Positions 1-13,258 of a stretch of DNA of 64,000 nucleotides are shown here, one piece after another. The stretch's first letter is position 1. Every line of letters begins with the position of its first letter. This DNA comes from Haliotis rubra (taxonomy: Eukaryota). The notes under the pieces are model-generated. The model saw nothing but the letters and a program-made list of their open reading frames with translations. It did no database searches and was not told the origin of the DNA. A program made the position numbers and the translations under genes. The stretch is taken from contig NW_025767525.1 in NCBI RefSeq assembly GCF_003918875.1, positions 124,001 through 188,000 of the forward strand, read 5' to 3'.

Positions 1-54
1 CCATGACCTTCCGCTCTCCGGGCGGACGCTCTAACCACTACACCACGGAGGCGG
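1..54 (-). mobile_element. SINE family 2, tRNA-like head (cut by the window edge)
   Basis: Reverse complement of the head of the 10718-11082 element. Confidence 0.8.
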
Positions 55-210
55 TCCTTAAACTTGTGAAGACAACTAATCATGTTAAGAAGTATTTACA
101 ATAAGAGAAGTAATAATATAGACTGAAAGGCTTTAGAGACTTCAGATCAAACAGTTGTGTGTCCTGTAAACCAAATCTCATTTAAACCATCTTAGTTCTT
201 GCTATGGCCA

Positions 211-380
211 GGCGATGGGGTAGCCTAGTGGTTAAAGCATCGGCTCATCATGCCGAAGACACGGGTTCGATTCCCAACATTGGTACAATGTGTGAAGCCC
301 ATTTCTGGTGTACCCCGCTGTGATATTGCTGGAATATTGCTAACAGCAGTATAAAACCCAACTCACTCACTCACTCACTC
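211..380 (+). mobile_element. SINE family 1 (~165 bp, tRNA-derived, (ACTC)n tail)
   Basis: A box tagcctagtggttaa, B box ggttcgattccc, shared body and ACTC tail. About 20 copies in the window. Confidence 0.85.
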
Positions 381-923
381 CTGCTAAGGCAACACAAAGA
401 TCTAATGACATCCCATTACCGGTCACTGCCGTCCACCCTTTTTCAAATTTTGTTAACCAATGAAATGATGTGAAGTCAGCATTAATCAATAATTAAGCAG
501 CTTTCAGCTGTATTAGTGACAGAATGGCCACTTCCATTCCAGTGGTACCGAGCACGAACATCTGATTTTATTGATATTGACAATAAACCATGTGTGAAGG
601 CAGAAAATCAGAAGTCTTGATTCATGTACTCCTCAAAAACTCTCATTTGATAAATAAGGAAATGGTTAGAGTTCTTGAATAGTTCTAATTCACTTAACCA
701 ACTGCCTTTTTTTCAAGTTTCAAGGCCAAACCCACAAAAACATTCCTGATCTTATTTTTCTTCAATAGCAAATAAAAAATGTTGGAAAATATATATCGTA
801 GTAAATTGTATTACCAACCTTTAAAAGCTTGTTCTGAAAATAATGAAACCCCACCCTCCCCCATTTGAACAGCTCTTGTATTTCCCCGCCATAGAGTTAT
901 CTCCCTTGTCCCAGTAGCATCAG

Positions 924-1030
924 GGCCTAGATTTTCGAAGCTCTCTTAGCGCTAAGATAGTCGTAAGTGCCATACATTAACATTAACTTACGACTATCTT
1001 AGCGATAAGAGAGCTTCGAAAATCTAGGCC
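924..1030. mobile_element. Palindromic MITE, PIF/Harbinger-like
   Basis: About 45-bp inverted arms ggcctagattttcgaagctctcttagcgctaagatagtcgtaagt (1 mismatch) with a 17-nt loop, flanked by CAG...CAG. Confidence 0.75.
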
Positions 1031-1644
1031 CAGTAGTCTCTCTCATCCCCTCGCTCCCCCAGCTAGTCGTAATCCTAGATTTTTGAATATTTGCGAGAGG
1101 TATATTGCTAATGTTTAATTCCTTGCTGCAGCCTGCCTCTTTGAAAATCCAGGTTTGTTCAAATCCTACTGAGTGTTTTGGAGTGTGACGTTGGTTTTAG
1201 AATTCTTTCACTCTTTCGTTATCCTCATTGCTCAACCACTGTGCAACATTGTTTTACGTACTTCACTTTATTCTGGTCGGATTTCGTGTTCCGTTTTTAA
1301 GTTTGGTTACAAATTATGATTTTGTATTCTCATTGTCATTTATGAATAATTTGGGTTCTTCCAGTTTGCATGACCTTACTATCACATGGCTGTTGTCTGA
1401 TGGGTAGACAGATGAGTGTATCTAATGGTAGTTAGTTATTTTGTATATAATATGACGATGGACTTTCAGCCCCACATAACTGGCCTTTAGCTCACCTGTT
1501 CCAGAAGGAATCCTTTGATGTTGTTGTTTGGATGTTGTTCTTGTCGTTATGTAATGTAGGAGAAAGATCACATTGTTGTGGTAAAATCACAAATACAGTG
1601 GTTTAAGACTGACACTGTACCGCACTTGAAATGTTTCTGAGGAA

Positions 1645-1992
1645 GATTGGATAGCCTAATGATTACAGCGTTCACTCGTCATGCCAAAGACCCGGGTTCG
1701 ATTCCCCACATGGGTATAATGTGTAAAGCCCATTTCCTCCACCATGCTATTGCTGGAATATTGCTAAAAGCGGTGTCAAACTAAACTCACTCACTCTAAG
1801 GAAGATGACAAACTGTTTGAATGTATTTAGGAACCTCCGCAGGGCGGTAGCCTAGTGGTTAACTGAACACAGGACCCGGTTCAATCCCACATGGGTACAT
1901 TGTGTGAAGCCTATTTCTGGTGTCCCCCGCCGTGATGTTGCTGGAATATTGCTAAAAGCGGCGTTAAACCAAACTCAGTCAGTCAGTCAGTC
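1645..1992 (+). mobile_element. Two tandem SINE family 1 copies (~1645-1796 and ~1842-1992)
   Basis: Family 1 body. The second copy has TSD aggaacctccgc. Confidence 0.8.
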
Positions 1993-2276
1993 AGGAACCT
2001 CCGCTCTGAACACAGGAGCCCTGTAAGGAGCTGTACCCTCTAAGGGCTTCCATGTTATCAAGGGCCCCACCAACCTTTGCTGGTCATGCAAGGCGACTGA
2101 TTCGGTCAGAGGGTCACTCGATTGTTGGTGGCATACAGTGTGGGAGCTTCATATCAATCACTGGCTCGTTTGGTTCAGACTATCATGTATAGTCAACCCT
2201 CTGTCACAAAACAGTAATAGTGATCAGTGCAGTGTTAAACAAAAGAAGCAACATCTATCGCTGGTCTTCCTGGCCC

Positions 2277-2520
2277 TGACCTGTGAAGATCCAAATTAGA
2301 CTTGGCCTTCAGCAACCCATGCTTGTCGTAAGAGACTAATAACGGGATAGGGCGATCAGGCTCGCTGACTTGGTTGACACATGTCATCATATCCCAACTG
2401 CATAGATTAATGTTATGCTGTTGATCACTGGTTTGTCTGGTCCAGGCTTGATTATTTACAGACTGCTGTACTATAGCTGGAATATTGCTGAGTGCGGCGT
2501 TAAACAACCCACCAACCAAC
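2277..2520 (+). mobile_element. SINE family 3 (Meta-domain-like)
   Basis: Core cccatgcttgtcgtaagag(g)cgactaa...cagactcgattatttacagac...ctggaatattgctgagtgcggcgttaaac, repeated about 13 times in the window. The Meta-domain assignment is from memory of mollusc SINEs. Confidence 0.75.
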
Positions 2521-2717
2521 CTACGACTATTTGGTCCTGACTCGATTATCTACAAGGTCATGTCATAAAGTAGGACTATTGCTGTATTCAACACATAAAT
2601 GTAAGACCTCATGGTCAAAGGATTCCCGAACCTGAAGACCCCAGAAGAGACAAATTGTACTTGGATGTAGCAATCTTTGACTATTCTTAGTATCAGATGT
2701 TACTAGATTAAGGACTA

Positions 2718-2895
2718 GTGAGTGAGTGAGTTTAGTTTTACGCCACACTCAGCAATATTCCAGCTATATGGTGGCGGTCTGTAAATAATCGAGTCTGGAC
2801 CAGACAATCAAGTGATTGGGAACCGATGACCCGTTAGTCGCCTCTTACGACAAGCATGGGTTACTGAAGGTATATTCTAACCCGGACCTTCACAG
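2718..2895 (-). mobile_element. SINE family 3, internally deleted
   Basis: Reverse-complement match to the family 3 core and tail. Confidence 0.7.
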
Positions 2896-5087
2896 GTAGA
2901 TTAAAGATTAGATGTCTTCTGTGGATTCTTTTAATGGATATATGTCTGTTCAAACATTGATATGATTAAGATTGTCCATATTTCACAACAGCAGGATGGA
3001 TGCTCTGATTCTAATCATTGCAGCTGATTTGGGTCAGTGGTGTTTTGCAAAACATGTTGGTATGCCTTGACCAGCCGTTAGACTGAACGCCATTGTCAAC
3101 ATAGGTCCAGTGACAGTGTTCTGTCATATGTTGTATCCACTGTTGTCACTGAGAGCAGGATGCCACGTCAGCTGCTACAGATGTCAGGCATGTCAATATC
3201 GTGGCTGGAAAATAATCATTTTGCTCTTGGATTTCATTAAATGGTATACATTTCAGGTGTCTTGTAGACTTCGTCACACAAAAGCTGACACACTGATTAG
3301 ACTAAGAAACTGTTCAAATGGTGTAAACACAACTCACTATAGGTCACTACTGGGTGCTAGAGATCACGAGTCTAGAAACATGGAAAGACCCACAGACAAC
3401 TCTCAACTGTGGTCACATGCTAAATCATTGTCATCTTCACTAAGTTCTAAGAGTCAGACCCAATTAACTCACTCTCATTATAGAAAAGTGACAAAAGCAA
3501 GGTATGTGCAGCTATTTTACAACATCATCATGTACACATCATCCTCTCCTGCCATCAACCTCTTCTTCCGTCTGCCACTTCTTCTGTCTGCCTCTTCCTC
3601 CATCTGCCACTTGTTACGTCTGCTCCTTGTGGCTTCTGCCTCTTGTTTCATCTGCCACTTGCTCGATTTGCTTCTATCCAGGGAGTTGATAAAGGATCAT
3701 TAGTCAAGAAGAATTTGATGTCTCCTCTTCTTTGTAAACTGATTTCAAGCCAATCATTAATGTATATTCATATTTATGTCGAATGTGTAAATCATTGATC
3801 AATTAATTCTGATGTTAAAATTACCACAACTCCATGAAATATTGAGGCAACCATTGCCTCCCAGGGAAATGTATATCTTGAGATTGCAAATATATTCCTC
3901 CTATTGTCAGCTGACATTCCACAACCAATGCTATCCACTTAGCAATCCACAACCATTGTGCTATCCATGAGATATACCACAATTATGTATTGTGCAACAA
4001 TCTTTTCAATATTGCATTTTCCTCTTACAACTGGCACTGAAAAACTGTCATAACACCAAACTCACTCACTCAATGTCTTTGATGAATCTAGCATTACCCT
4101 CAGATGCATTTGCCAACCCTGACAGACGCAACTCCTGGTAATGTCAAGCAATCTTCAAGCTGCTTGAGGAGGCCTTGGAGAAAGATGTCTAGCTTATGTT
4201 TCCTTTTACATATATGTTATGATGCAAATCTGTGGTACTGTGTTGACCCCATGTCTGTGGGTTTCTCAATATTGTAAGTAAGTTGTAGTCGTATGACTCA
4301 ACGATGTATTAAGCGTTACACCTGGCTGTGTTTCAAGCTTTAATTTTGTTGATGTACAAAAGATATATTTGAGACACGCTTAATTTGTAGTGGAAGGCAG
4401 TACAGGTGCTATGATTTATCTGATAAGGGTCCATTAAGGATTAAAAGTCCTTGTTGTCAATGTTGTAATTATTAAGTAGAAGATTTCAAGTTTTCACCAT
4501 ATATCAGCTGTGGCAATACGATATTTTATGATGTGCCTTAATAACTAGGATGCTGTTTAAAGCCTCGGACGAAAACAATATGTCTAAATGTGATAGTACT
4601 CGCTGACAACTCGGATCAAGTCAGTGTCATACATTGGGTCACATGCTGTTGACTATGGAAGAGTTGCACCTACAGAAGCTTTGAGGCATATAAGGGTTTT
4701 CATGAAAATTGTGAAAATATGAACTTTTAATAGAGAATGTGTTGAATGTTCGGCAAATTGTGTTGATAAGTGTTAGACATGACTATTTAGTCCCAGTAGC
4801 AGTTTTGAACAAAATATTTATCAGGATATTCTTCATGTTTCTTAGTATCTTTGAGAAATATGTACTAGTTATTCAAGATGAGGGGTTTCTTGCACAAGTC
4901 AATCCTAGTTCTATAAGTATCACTCCTGTACTTATATATGGGCATAAAATAGACAAAACCTGGTAAGAGTTTTGTGCATGAGGGTTAAGGATGGCATTTT
5001 ACTTAGCTTTTTGTATAAACAGGAAGATTTTCTTTAAGCTGTGAATGAACATATGCTATGAATAATATTAAATGACATTATACCCAG

Positions 5088-8000
5088 GTTGTCAATGAGT
5101 TGGCGTCTTCCGCTGGCTTGACATGTGCCGTGGACCCCACGCTCTGCAACGCCCTCCGAACTCTCAAGTCAGGTGAGGACCATGCTATTTTAGTTGTTAC
5201 AGTGCCTTAAGGCTTCAAGATGTTATATGGTGAGTTGCATCTCTTAGTGATGCCAGAATCTTGTGATCTTTGGTTTGGATCACAGAGTTGCCCTGATGAA
5301 GGGTTGTATCTGTCGGCATCACTTTGGGCTTTCGTCTAACCTCTCCTGTTGATATGACTGATATATTGTTACATTTATCGTGTTCATTCATCAATGATTG
5401 CCAAACTACAACCAATAGAATCAGATGGCTGGCTGGCTTGGTTGATGCATGTCATCTTTTCCAAGTCATGTAGATGTTGTCAGTCACAGATTGTCTGGTT
5501 CAATTATTTGGTATTTACAGACTGATGTCACATGGCTGAAATATTGCTCGATGTGGCATCAACACTCACTCAGCTTTCACTCACCTACCTTTCTCACTCA
5601 CCCACCTACCATCTGTCGGCATCACCGCCTTTCTCAACTACCATTTGCCTACAATACACTCACCCACCCACCATTCATGCAATCACTCACCTACCATTCA
5701 CTCACTCACTCACCTACATTCACTCTCACTCACCTTCCATTCACTCACTCACCTACCATTCACTCACTCACTCACCTTCCATTCACTCACTCACCTACCA
5801 TTCACTCACTCACTCACCTACCATTCACTCACTCACTCACCTACCATTCACTCACTCACTCACTCACTCACTTCACATTCACTCACTCACTCACCTTCCA
5901 TTCACTCACTCTCCTTCCATTCACTCACTACCACCTACCATTCATTCACTCACTCACCTACCACTCACTCTCACTCACTCACCCTACCATTCACTCACTC
6001 ACTCACATCTTCCTTCACTTCACTCACTCACTTGCCTACCATTCACTCTCACCTCACTCTCACCTACTTTCATTCACTCACTCACTCACCTACCACTCAC
6101 TCACTCACTCACCTACCATTCACTCACTCACTCACCTACCATTCACTCTCACTCACCATTCACTCCACTCACCTTCCACTCACCTCACCTCACCTACTTC
6201 ACTCACTCTCACTCACTCACCATTCCTCACTCACTACACCTACCATCTCACCTCACCATTCACTCACTCACCTACCATTCACTCACTCACACTACCATTC
6301 ACTACTTCACCTCACTCACTTCACTCACTATTCACTCACCATTCACTCACCATTCACTCACTCACCACCTACTCACTCACTCACTCACTCACCTCACCTA
6401 CCATTCACTCACTCACCTCACTCACCACTCATCTCACTCACCACTCACCTACCATTCATTCACTTGTATCACAGAGTCACCTACCATGAAGGGTTGTATC
6501 TGTCGGCATCACTTTGGGCTTTCTGCCTCACTCTCCTGTTCATGACTGATATATTGTTACATTCATCTCACTCATCAATGATTGCCAAACTACAACCAAT
6601 AGAATCAGATAGCTGTCTGGCTTGGTTGATGCATGTCATCTTTTCCAAGTCATGTAGATGTTGTCAGTCACAGATTGTCTGGTTCAATTATTTGGTATTT
6701 ACAGACTGATGTCACATGGCTGAAATACTGCTGGATGTGGCATCAACACTCACTCAGCTTTCACTCACCCCCTAGCATTCACTCACTCACCTACCTACCA
6801 TTAACCATCTCAACTCCATTTGCCTACACTCACACTCCACCTCATTCACTCACCTACTACTATTCACTCACTTCCCTACACCACCTTCCACTCACTCACC
6901 TACCATTCACTCACTCACTCACCTTCCATTCACTCACTCACCTCACCTACCTCACCTTCACTCACTCACCTACCATTCACTCACTCACCATCACCTCACC
7001 TTCCATTCATTCTCACTCACCTTCCATTCACTCACTCACTCACCTACCATTCACTCACCTACCATTCACTCACTCACTCACCATTCTCACTCACCTACCA
7101 TTCACTCACTCACCTACTATTCACTCACCACCTTCACTCACCTACCACCATTCACCACTCACCTCCACTCACTCACTCACCTACCATTCACACTTCACCA
7201 CAGAGTCCATTCACTCACTCACTCACCTTCCATTCACTCACCACCACTACCATTCACTTACATTTCACCATTGCCCACAACCAATAGAATCCCGATAGCT
7301 CACCTTGGTTGATGTTCATCTTTTCCTCACCTAGATGTTGTCACTCACCTCACCTCACCTTTACCATTCACTCACACTCACTGAAATACCATTCACTCAC
7401 TCACTCACCTCACCATTCACTCACTCACTCACCTACCATTCACTCACTACACCTTCCATTCACTCACTCCCACTCACCTTCCATTCACTCACCTACATTC
7501 TCACCTCTACGCTCCATTCACACTCACCTACCATTCACTCACTCACCTTCCATTCACTCACTCACCTACCATTCACTCACTCACCTACCATTCACTCACT
7601 CACCACCATCTACCATTCCACTCACTCACTCACCTACCATTCACTCACCTCACCTACCATTCACTCACTCACTCACCTACCATTCACTCACTCACCTACC
7701 ATTCACTCACTCACCTTCCATTCACTCACTCANNNNNNNNNNNNNNNNNNNNNNNNNNNNNNNNNNNNNNNNNNNNNNNNNNNNNNNNNNNNNNNNNNNN
7801 NNNNNNNNNNNNNNNNNNNNNNNNNNNNNNNNNNNNNNNNNNNNNNNNNNNNNNNNNNNNNNCTACCATTCACCTCACTCACCTCACCTACCATTCACTC
7901 ACTCACTCACCTTCCATTCACCATCACTCACCTCATCACCTACCATTCACTCACTCACTCACCTTCCATTCACTCACTCACTCACCTTCCATTCACTCAC

Positions 8001-11000
8001 TCACCTACCATTCACTCACCACTCACCTACCATTCACTCACTCACTCACCTTCCATTCACTCACTCACCTAACATTCACTCACTCACCTACCATTCACTC
8101 ACTCACTCACCTACCATTCACTCACTCCACCTACCATTCACTCACTCACTCACCTTCCATTCACTCACTCACTCACCTACCATTCACTCTCACTCACCTT
8201 CCATTCACTCACTCCACCTTCCATTCACTCANNNNNNNNNNNNNNNNNNNNNNNNNNNNNNNNNNNNNNNNNNNNNNNNNNNNNNNNNNNNNNNNNNNNN
8301 NNNNNNNNNNNNNNNNNNNNNNNNNNNNNNNNNNNNNNNNNNNNNNNNNNNNNNNNNNNNNTCCCATTCACTCACTCACCTACCATTCACTCACTCACCT
8401 CACCTTCATTCCACATTCACTCACTCACTCACCTACCATTCACTCACTCACCTACCATTCACTCACTCACCACCTTCCATTCACTCACTCCACCTTCCAT
8501 TCACTCACTCCTCACCTTCCATTCACTCACACTCACCTACCATTCACTCACTCACCTAACATTCACTCACTCACTCACCTAACATTCACCTCACCATTCA
8601 CTCACTCACCTACCATTCACTCACTCACTCACTCACCTACCATTCACTCACCACTCACCTCCACTCACTCACTCACCTCCATTCACTCACTCACTCACCT
8701 GACCCTGCCTCCAGTGGTTACAGCTTCCCTCGGAGAGCAGAAGGTCGTATTTCGATCCCCTCACTGCGTCATACCAAAAGACGTTAAAATATGGTCCTTG
8801 TTGGTCCCTGCCTGGCTCGGCATTAATGGGTACAACAAGGACTGGTCAGACTGTCTGAGTTTATTCATGCTTCACTGCGACATGGTATCTCAGTGGGCTA
8901 GCACTATAAAACCAGCTTAAGTCTGGGCTAGTACAAGCAGCTGCACATACACATACACATGCATGCACATCGTCATATGAGCAAAATATTCTCAAGCACG
9001 ACGTTAAACCCAATTTCACCTCACCTCACCTCACTCACTCACCCACCATTCAGCCCCTCATTCACTGTTTCAGAGCATGCCGAGGATGAGTACTCCCTGG
9101 CCTGTCTGCTGATGGTGTTTATCGCAGTGTCCATCCCCAAACTGGCCAAGGGGGACGCAGCCAAGTACAGGGCTCACTTGGAAGGTCAGTGAACTCCCAC
9201 ATCAAGTCTATCTGCAAGTCTAGTGTCTTCTGAGGCATGACAATATGCTGTACAGAGTTGCCTCCCTTCATTACCAGAGATACACATTGCAGTGGAAGTA
9301 GATCTGTCTTTATTTACCATGACATCATTGAATATGAGTCTAATATGTATTACAATGTAACAGTGTGTATATATATAGGATGTTTATCTCACTGTGACGT
9401 AGACTTCATTGGTCTGTAGATGGCTTCATGTTTAGATAGAAGCCCATTGTTGGACCATATCTAAGGCATGAAACACCATATGACCGGAGTGAGTGAGTGA
9501 GTTTGGTTTTACGCTGATTTTTAGCAATATTTCTGCAAAATCACGATGGGGACACCAGAAATGAGCTACACACATTGTACCCATGTGGGGAATCGATCGT
9601 GTGTCTTCCACATGATGAGCGAACCCTTTAACCTCTAGGCTACTCCACAACCTCTTTGGAGACCAGGGGCAGTGGGGTAGTCTAGTGGTTAAAGCGTTGG
9701 CTCGTCACGCCGACCCGGGTTCGAATCCCCACATGGGTACAATGTGGGGATCCCATTTCTGCTGTCTCCGCCGTGATGTTGCTGGAATATTGCTAAAAGC
9801 GGCGTAAAACCAAACTCACTCACTCACTCACTATGAAGACTGGACAATGAGGAGACTGATATGAGACCACACATAGTTTTTCAGTTGTGCCCAAATGCTA
9901 CTAACTATTATTACTAACCGGTTATGAGTACCTGTTACATAGACAGTCCTCCTGCATTACTGAACTTATTGACCAATATATATCAGGTCATCGAAACAAC
10001 AGCCACTGCTTGGCCAAGGCCATCAACTCACTGGCGGGGGCTCTGTTCACCATCTACGGACCTGGAGACGTTGAGGACCGGTTGAAGGAATTCCTGGCAG
10101 TAAGTGTCTGTGAACTAACATGTCATGTTTGTATTACTTCAGGCAATAGCTGTTTGCTTGTTGATTAACACCTGTTCTTACCTTTAAAAGATAAAAATAT
10201 TTTTATTTTCCTGTCATATGGCATCTGATAGCGTGAGTTTTGAACAATGTCTGTTCGGTGAAGTTCTAAATTACATGTGGTGTATCCGATCATTACATGG
10301 CTGAAATAGTGTTCCAAGCAACATTAAAGGCAACTCTCTCAGTAACTCACTCAATATTTGTTTGATCTTTTTGACTGGCATTTTGATTGGCGAGGCCTCT
10401 GTAAGGGAAACCTCTCGGCCCATAAATATCAGAATCACAGAACACTTATCATCTACCACAAAATCAGACCGAAAATCAGCAATATCAGACCATATCATCA
10501 ACTGTCCAAACTCCAGGACTTCACCAAAAGAAAACTTGCAGAAGAAGTTCAAATCCACAGACACAATCCCCCAATCAACAGAGATCAAGGATATCTCATC
10601 CCATCTGCTTACAATGAACTGATAAACCAACAGAGCAGATCATTCCTATATATATATATAAAGAAGTTCTCATCCATAAAGTATGTCCCTTTTTATTATC
10701 TTCTCACTTATATATCTGACCGCCTCCGTGGTGTAGTGGTTAGAGCGTCCGCCTGGTGAGCGGAAGGTCGCGGGTTCGATCCCCGACCGCGTCATACCAA
10801 AAGACGTTAAAATATGGTACTTGTTGGTCCCTGCCTGGCGCTCGGCATAAACGGGTACATCAAGGACTGGTCGGCTCGGAGTCAGTATAATGTGTCTGAG
10901 TGGGGTATTCATGCTTCACTGCGGCATGGTATCACAGTGGGCTAGCACTATAAAACCAGCTTCAGTCTGGGCTAGTACAAGCAGCCGCACTTACACATAC

Positions 11001-12333
11001 ACACGCATGCATGTCGTCATATGAGCGAAATATTCTCAAGCACGACGTTAAACCCAATTCCACCACCACCACCACCACCACCACTTATATATCTATGTCA
11101 TGTTGCTGACTGTGTGACGTCTGCTTCAGCTGGCGTCCTCAAGTCTGCTGCGTCTGGGCCAGGAGCAGGACAAGGAGTCCATCAAACAGAGAGAGTCTGT
11201 CTACCTGCTGCTGGACCTGGTGGGTACCGACACGTGTTTGCCACTTCAGTGTCTCACAATACTGTGAATCTGTGACATCATCCCAGCATTCCAGCACTAA
11301 ACTACCCTTGTCAACATGCTTCTTTACTCTGTGTCCCCATTCCAGTATAGAACAGATCCTTTCACGCTGTCCTTGCTCCCTCAGAGAGTAATCAGAATAG
11401 GTCTCCATCACCCCATGCCTGTCTTCTATGCTTTTCCTTGGTGTAATGATTTCAGGACAGAAAAGGTCCTAGTACTTTACTTTCGTAAAATCGGGCTAAA
11501 CTTAGAAAAAATACGGAAATGCATGAAATGCACATGCCGCCCACAAACACAAGGGGTCATCTCAGATATATTTTATGCTTTTCATGTGTATTGAATATGT
11601 CTCTATTGATTATCTAATCGTAGCTAATGACTCTATCACCAAGCCCGACCCTTAACTACTGTCAGCAACACCCGCCTCGGTGTTGCTTTTGAGATGACCC
11701 TCCTACCTGTTTCTTTTTATAGTGATAGTGAGACTCAATGGTATCTATCTCCTTAATAGTTTCAGTATTAAAGTTGTTATTTTTACGCCTGCTATAGTTT
11801 ATAATAAAACTAAGTCTAATTTCATAATAGATATTCAAAAGTGTCATTTGTTATACAATATCATCGCACACTAATTTGCATAAAGCCATGGTCTGCTCCA
11901 AATAAGTCGCTTCAGTCTTTGAAAAAACCTCATTGCTCATTTCTAATGCTTAATCTCTCCTCAGTAAAATCCTTCTTTAACATTTCCTATCTCCCTCCCA
12001 CTGAGACTAGTTAGGCCGAACTTAAACAGATATTTCACACTACATATAACTACCTGTTGTAAAATCAAATGTTTTTTCTATTTCCGACAGTACTATAGTA
12101 CTCTACGTTGGAATTTAGAGGAAATTAGAATAGTATATTTTTCACCTCTTCACAGTTTGTAAATATGGCATGCTTTTCAATTTATAGTGAGCTTGCTTCA
12201 TGAACATGTTTTGTTTCAGATTGTGCAAGAATCACCATTCCTGACAATGGATCTGCTGGAGTCATGCTTCCCCTATGCCCTGTTGAGAAATGCCTATCAC
12301 TCTGTATACAAGACATCTGCAGGCGATAACTGA
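5088..12333 (+). CDS. NCKAP1: Nck-associated protein 1 (Hem-2/kette, WAVE complex), 3' part: last five coding exons
   Basis: GT-AG exons 5088-5172, 9074-9184, 9987-10099, 11130-11219 and 12220-12333 splice in frame to [170 protein letters not shown]. This matches the conserved NCKAP1 C-terminus ([33 protein letters not shown]). Upstream exons were not found in the window. Confidence 0.96.
5560..8700. repeat. (CACT)n / CCATTCACTCACTCACCTA complex satellite in an NCKAP1 intron, with two 130-N gaps (7733-7862, 8232-8361)
   Basis: Directly visible. It includes a ~300-bp duplicated non-satellite unit (5296-5600 and 6487-6790). Confidence 0.95.
8702..9030 (+). mobile_element. SINE family 2, degenerate
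   Basis: Matches 10718-11082 with deletions. Confidence 0.75.
9487..9832. mobile_element. Head-to-head pair of SINE family 1 copies (- 9487-9652, + 9666-9832)
   Basis: Two full-length copies in opposite orientation about 13 nt apart. Confidence 0.85.
10380..10630 (+). mobile_element. Penelope-like GIY-YIG endonuclease fragment
   Basis: Broken reading frame (R)[13 protein letters not shown]...KSAISDH...[17 protein letters not shown], typical of a Penelope endonuclease C-terminus. Confidence 0.65.
10718..11082 (+). mobile_element. SINE family 2 (~350 bp, tRNA head, V-domain-like), full length
   Basis: A box gtggtgtagtggttagagcg, B box gggttcgatcccc, (CAC)n tail, 13-bp TSD cacttatatatct. Confidence 0.88.
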
Positions 12334-12746
12334 TTTATTCCACCTACCACTGAGAGTACAAGATGCCTGCAGGCGATAACTGATTTATTCCACCTACCAC
12401 TCAGAGTACAAGACATCTGCAGGCGATAACTGATATATTCCACCTACCACTGAGAGTACAAGATGCCTGCAGGCGATAACTGATATATTCCACCTACCAC
12501 TCAGAGTACAAGACATCTGCAGGAGATAACTGATTTATTCCACCTACCACTCAGAGTACAAGACGTCTGCAGGCGATAACTGATTTATTCCACCTACCAC
12601 TCCGAGTACAAGACATCTGCAGGCGATAACTGATTTATTCCACTTACCACTCAGAGTACAAGACGTCTGCAGGCGATAACTGATTTATTCCACTTACCAC
12701 TCAGAGTACAAGACGTCTGCAGGCGATAACTGATTTATTCCACCTA
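12307..12746 (+). repeat. 50-bp minisatellite (~9 copies) overlapping the NCKAP1 stop codon
   Basis: Unit tacaagacatctgcaggcgataactgatttattccacctaccactcagag. Confidence 0.95.
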
Positions 12747-13258
12747 ATGTGGGGTATACAAGATGTCAACAAGTGACAATCAATTTAAGATTGTGCGGAA
12801 TGAGGAACACTTGAAACGAGGACCGATCTATGTGACTGAGAAACATTCAGTGGTTCAGGATAACAGAAGCATTTCCCATTGATAGGCCTTCTCCCTTGCT
12901 CAGTAACCAAGCAAAATCTAAAAGCTGTAGAAAGTGTAAATTTGGGTTTAGATTCACATTTGTGTGATTCCATATTCAGATTCTATCGCAACTGATGATG
13001 CGGTGTTGGTTGCATCCACCTGAATGTACATATGAGATGCTGGTGGTGTTGAGGATGTTGCTACCGTGGTCCATCCAGACAGGTGGGATGACCTTGTCCT
13101 TGTGGAGAGTCTGTTGCTGGGGATATATGAACGCTGCAATCCAAGCTGTCAAAGAATTTAAGTAGGGAGATCACTGTCTTTGTGAATCAGCATTACCTAG
13201 TAAAAAGTCTTGTTTACTGTGCAGAATGTCTGGAACAAAGGTACCAGGTCATTAAACT

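Noticed and set aside
3110-3703. 197-aa ORF and a purine-rich minus-strand stretch with a repeated caagtggcagatg
   Set aside because: No recognisable domain or splice support; low-complexity intronic or transposon debris.
4140-4195. Possible upstream NCKAP1 exon (AIFKLLEEALEKDV)
   Set aside because: Only faint resemblance, ends in a stop, and lacks convincing splice sites.
5449-8559. Long His/Ser/Leu/Thr/Pro-rich ORFs (up to 416 aa)
   Set aside because: Translations of the CACT satellite, open in several frames and running through N gaps; they lie in an NCKAP1 intron.
10718-10790. tRNA genes
   Set aside because: The A/B-box heads continue into SINE bodies with tails and TSDs; no complete acceptor stem.
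12307-12746. CRISPR-like regular repeats (also the 51-, 69- and 82-bp arrays)
   Set aside because: Head-to-tail units without unique spacers, no cas genes, and a eukaryotic context.
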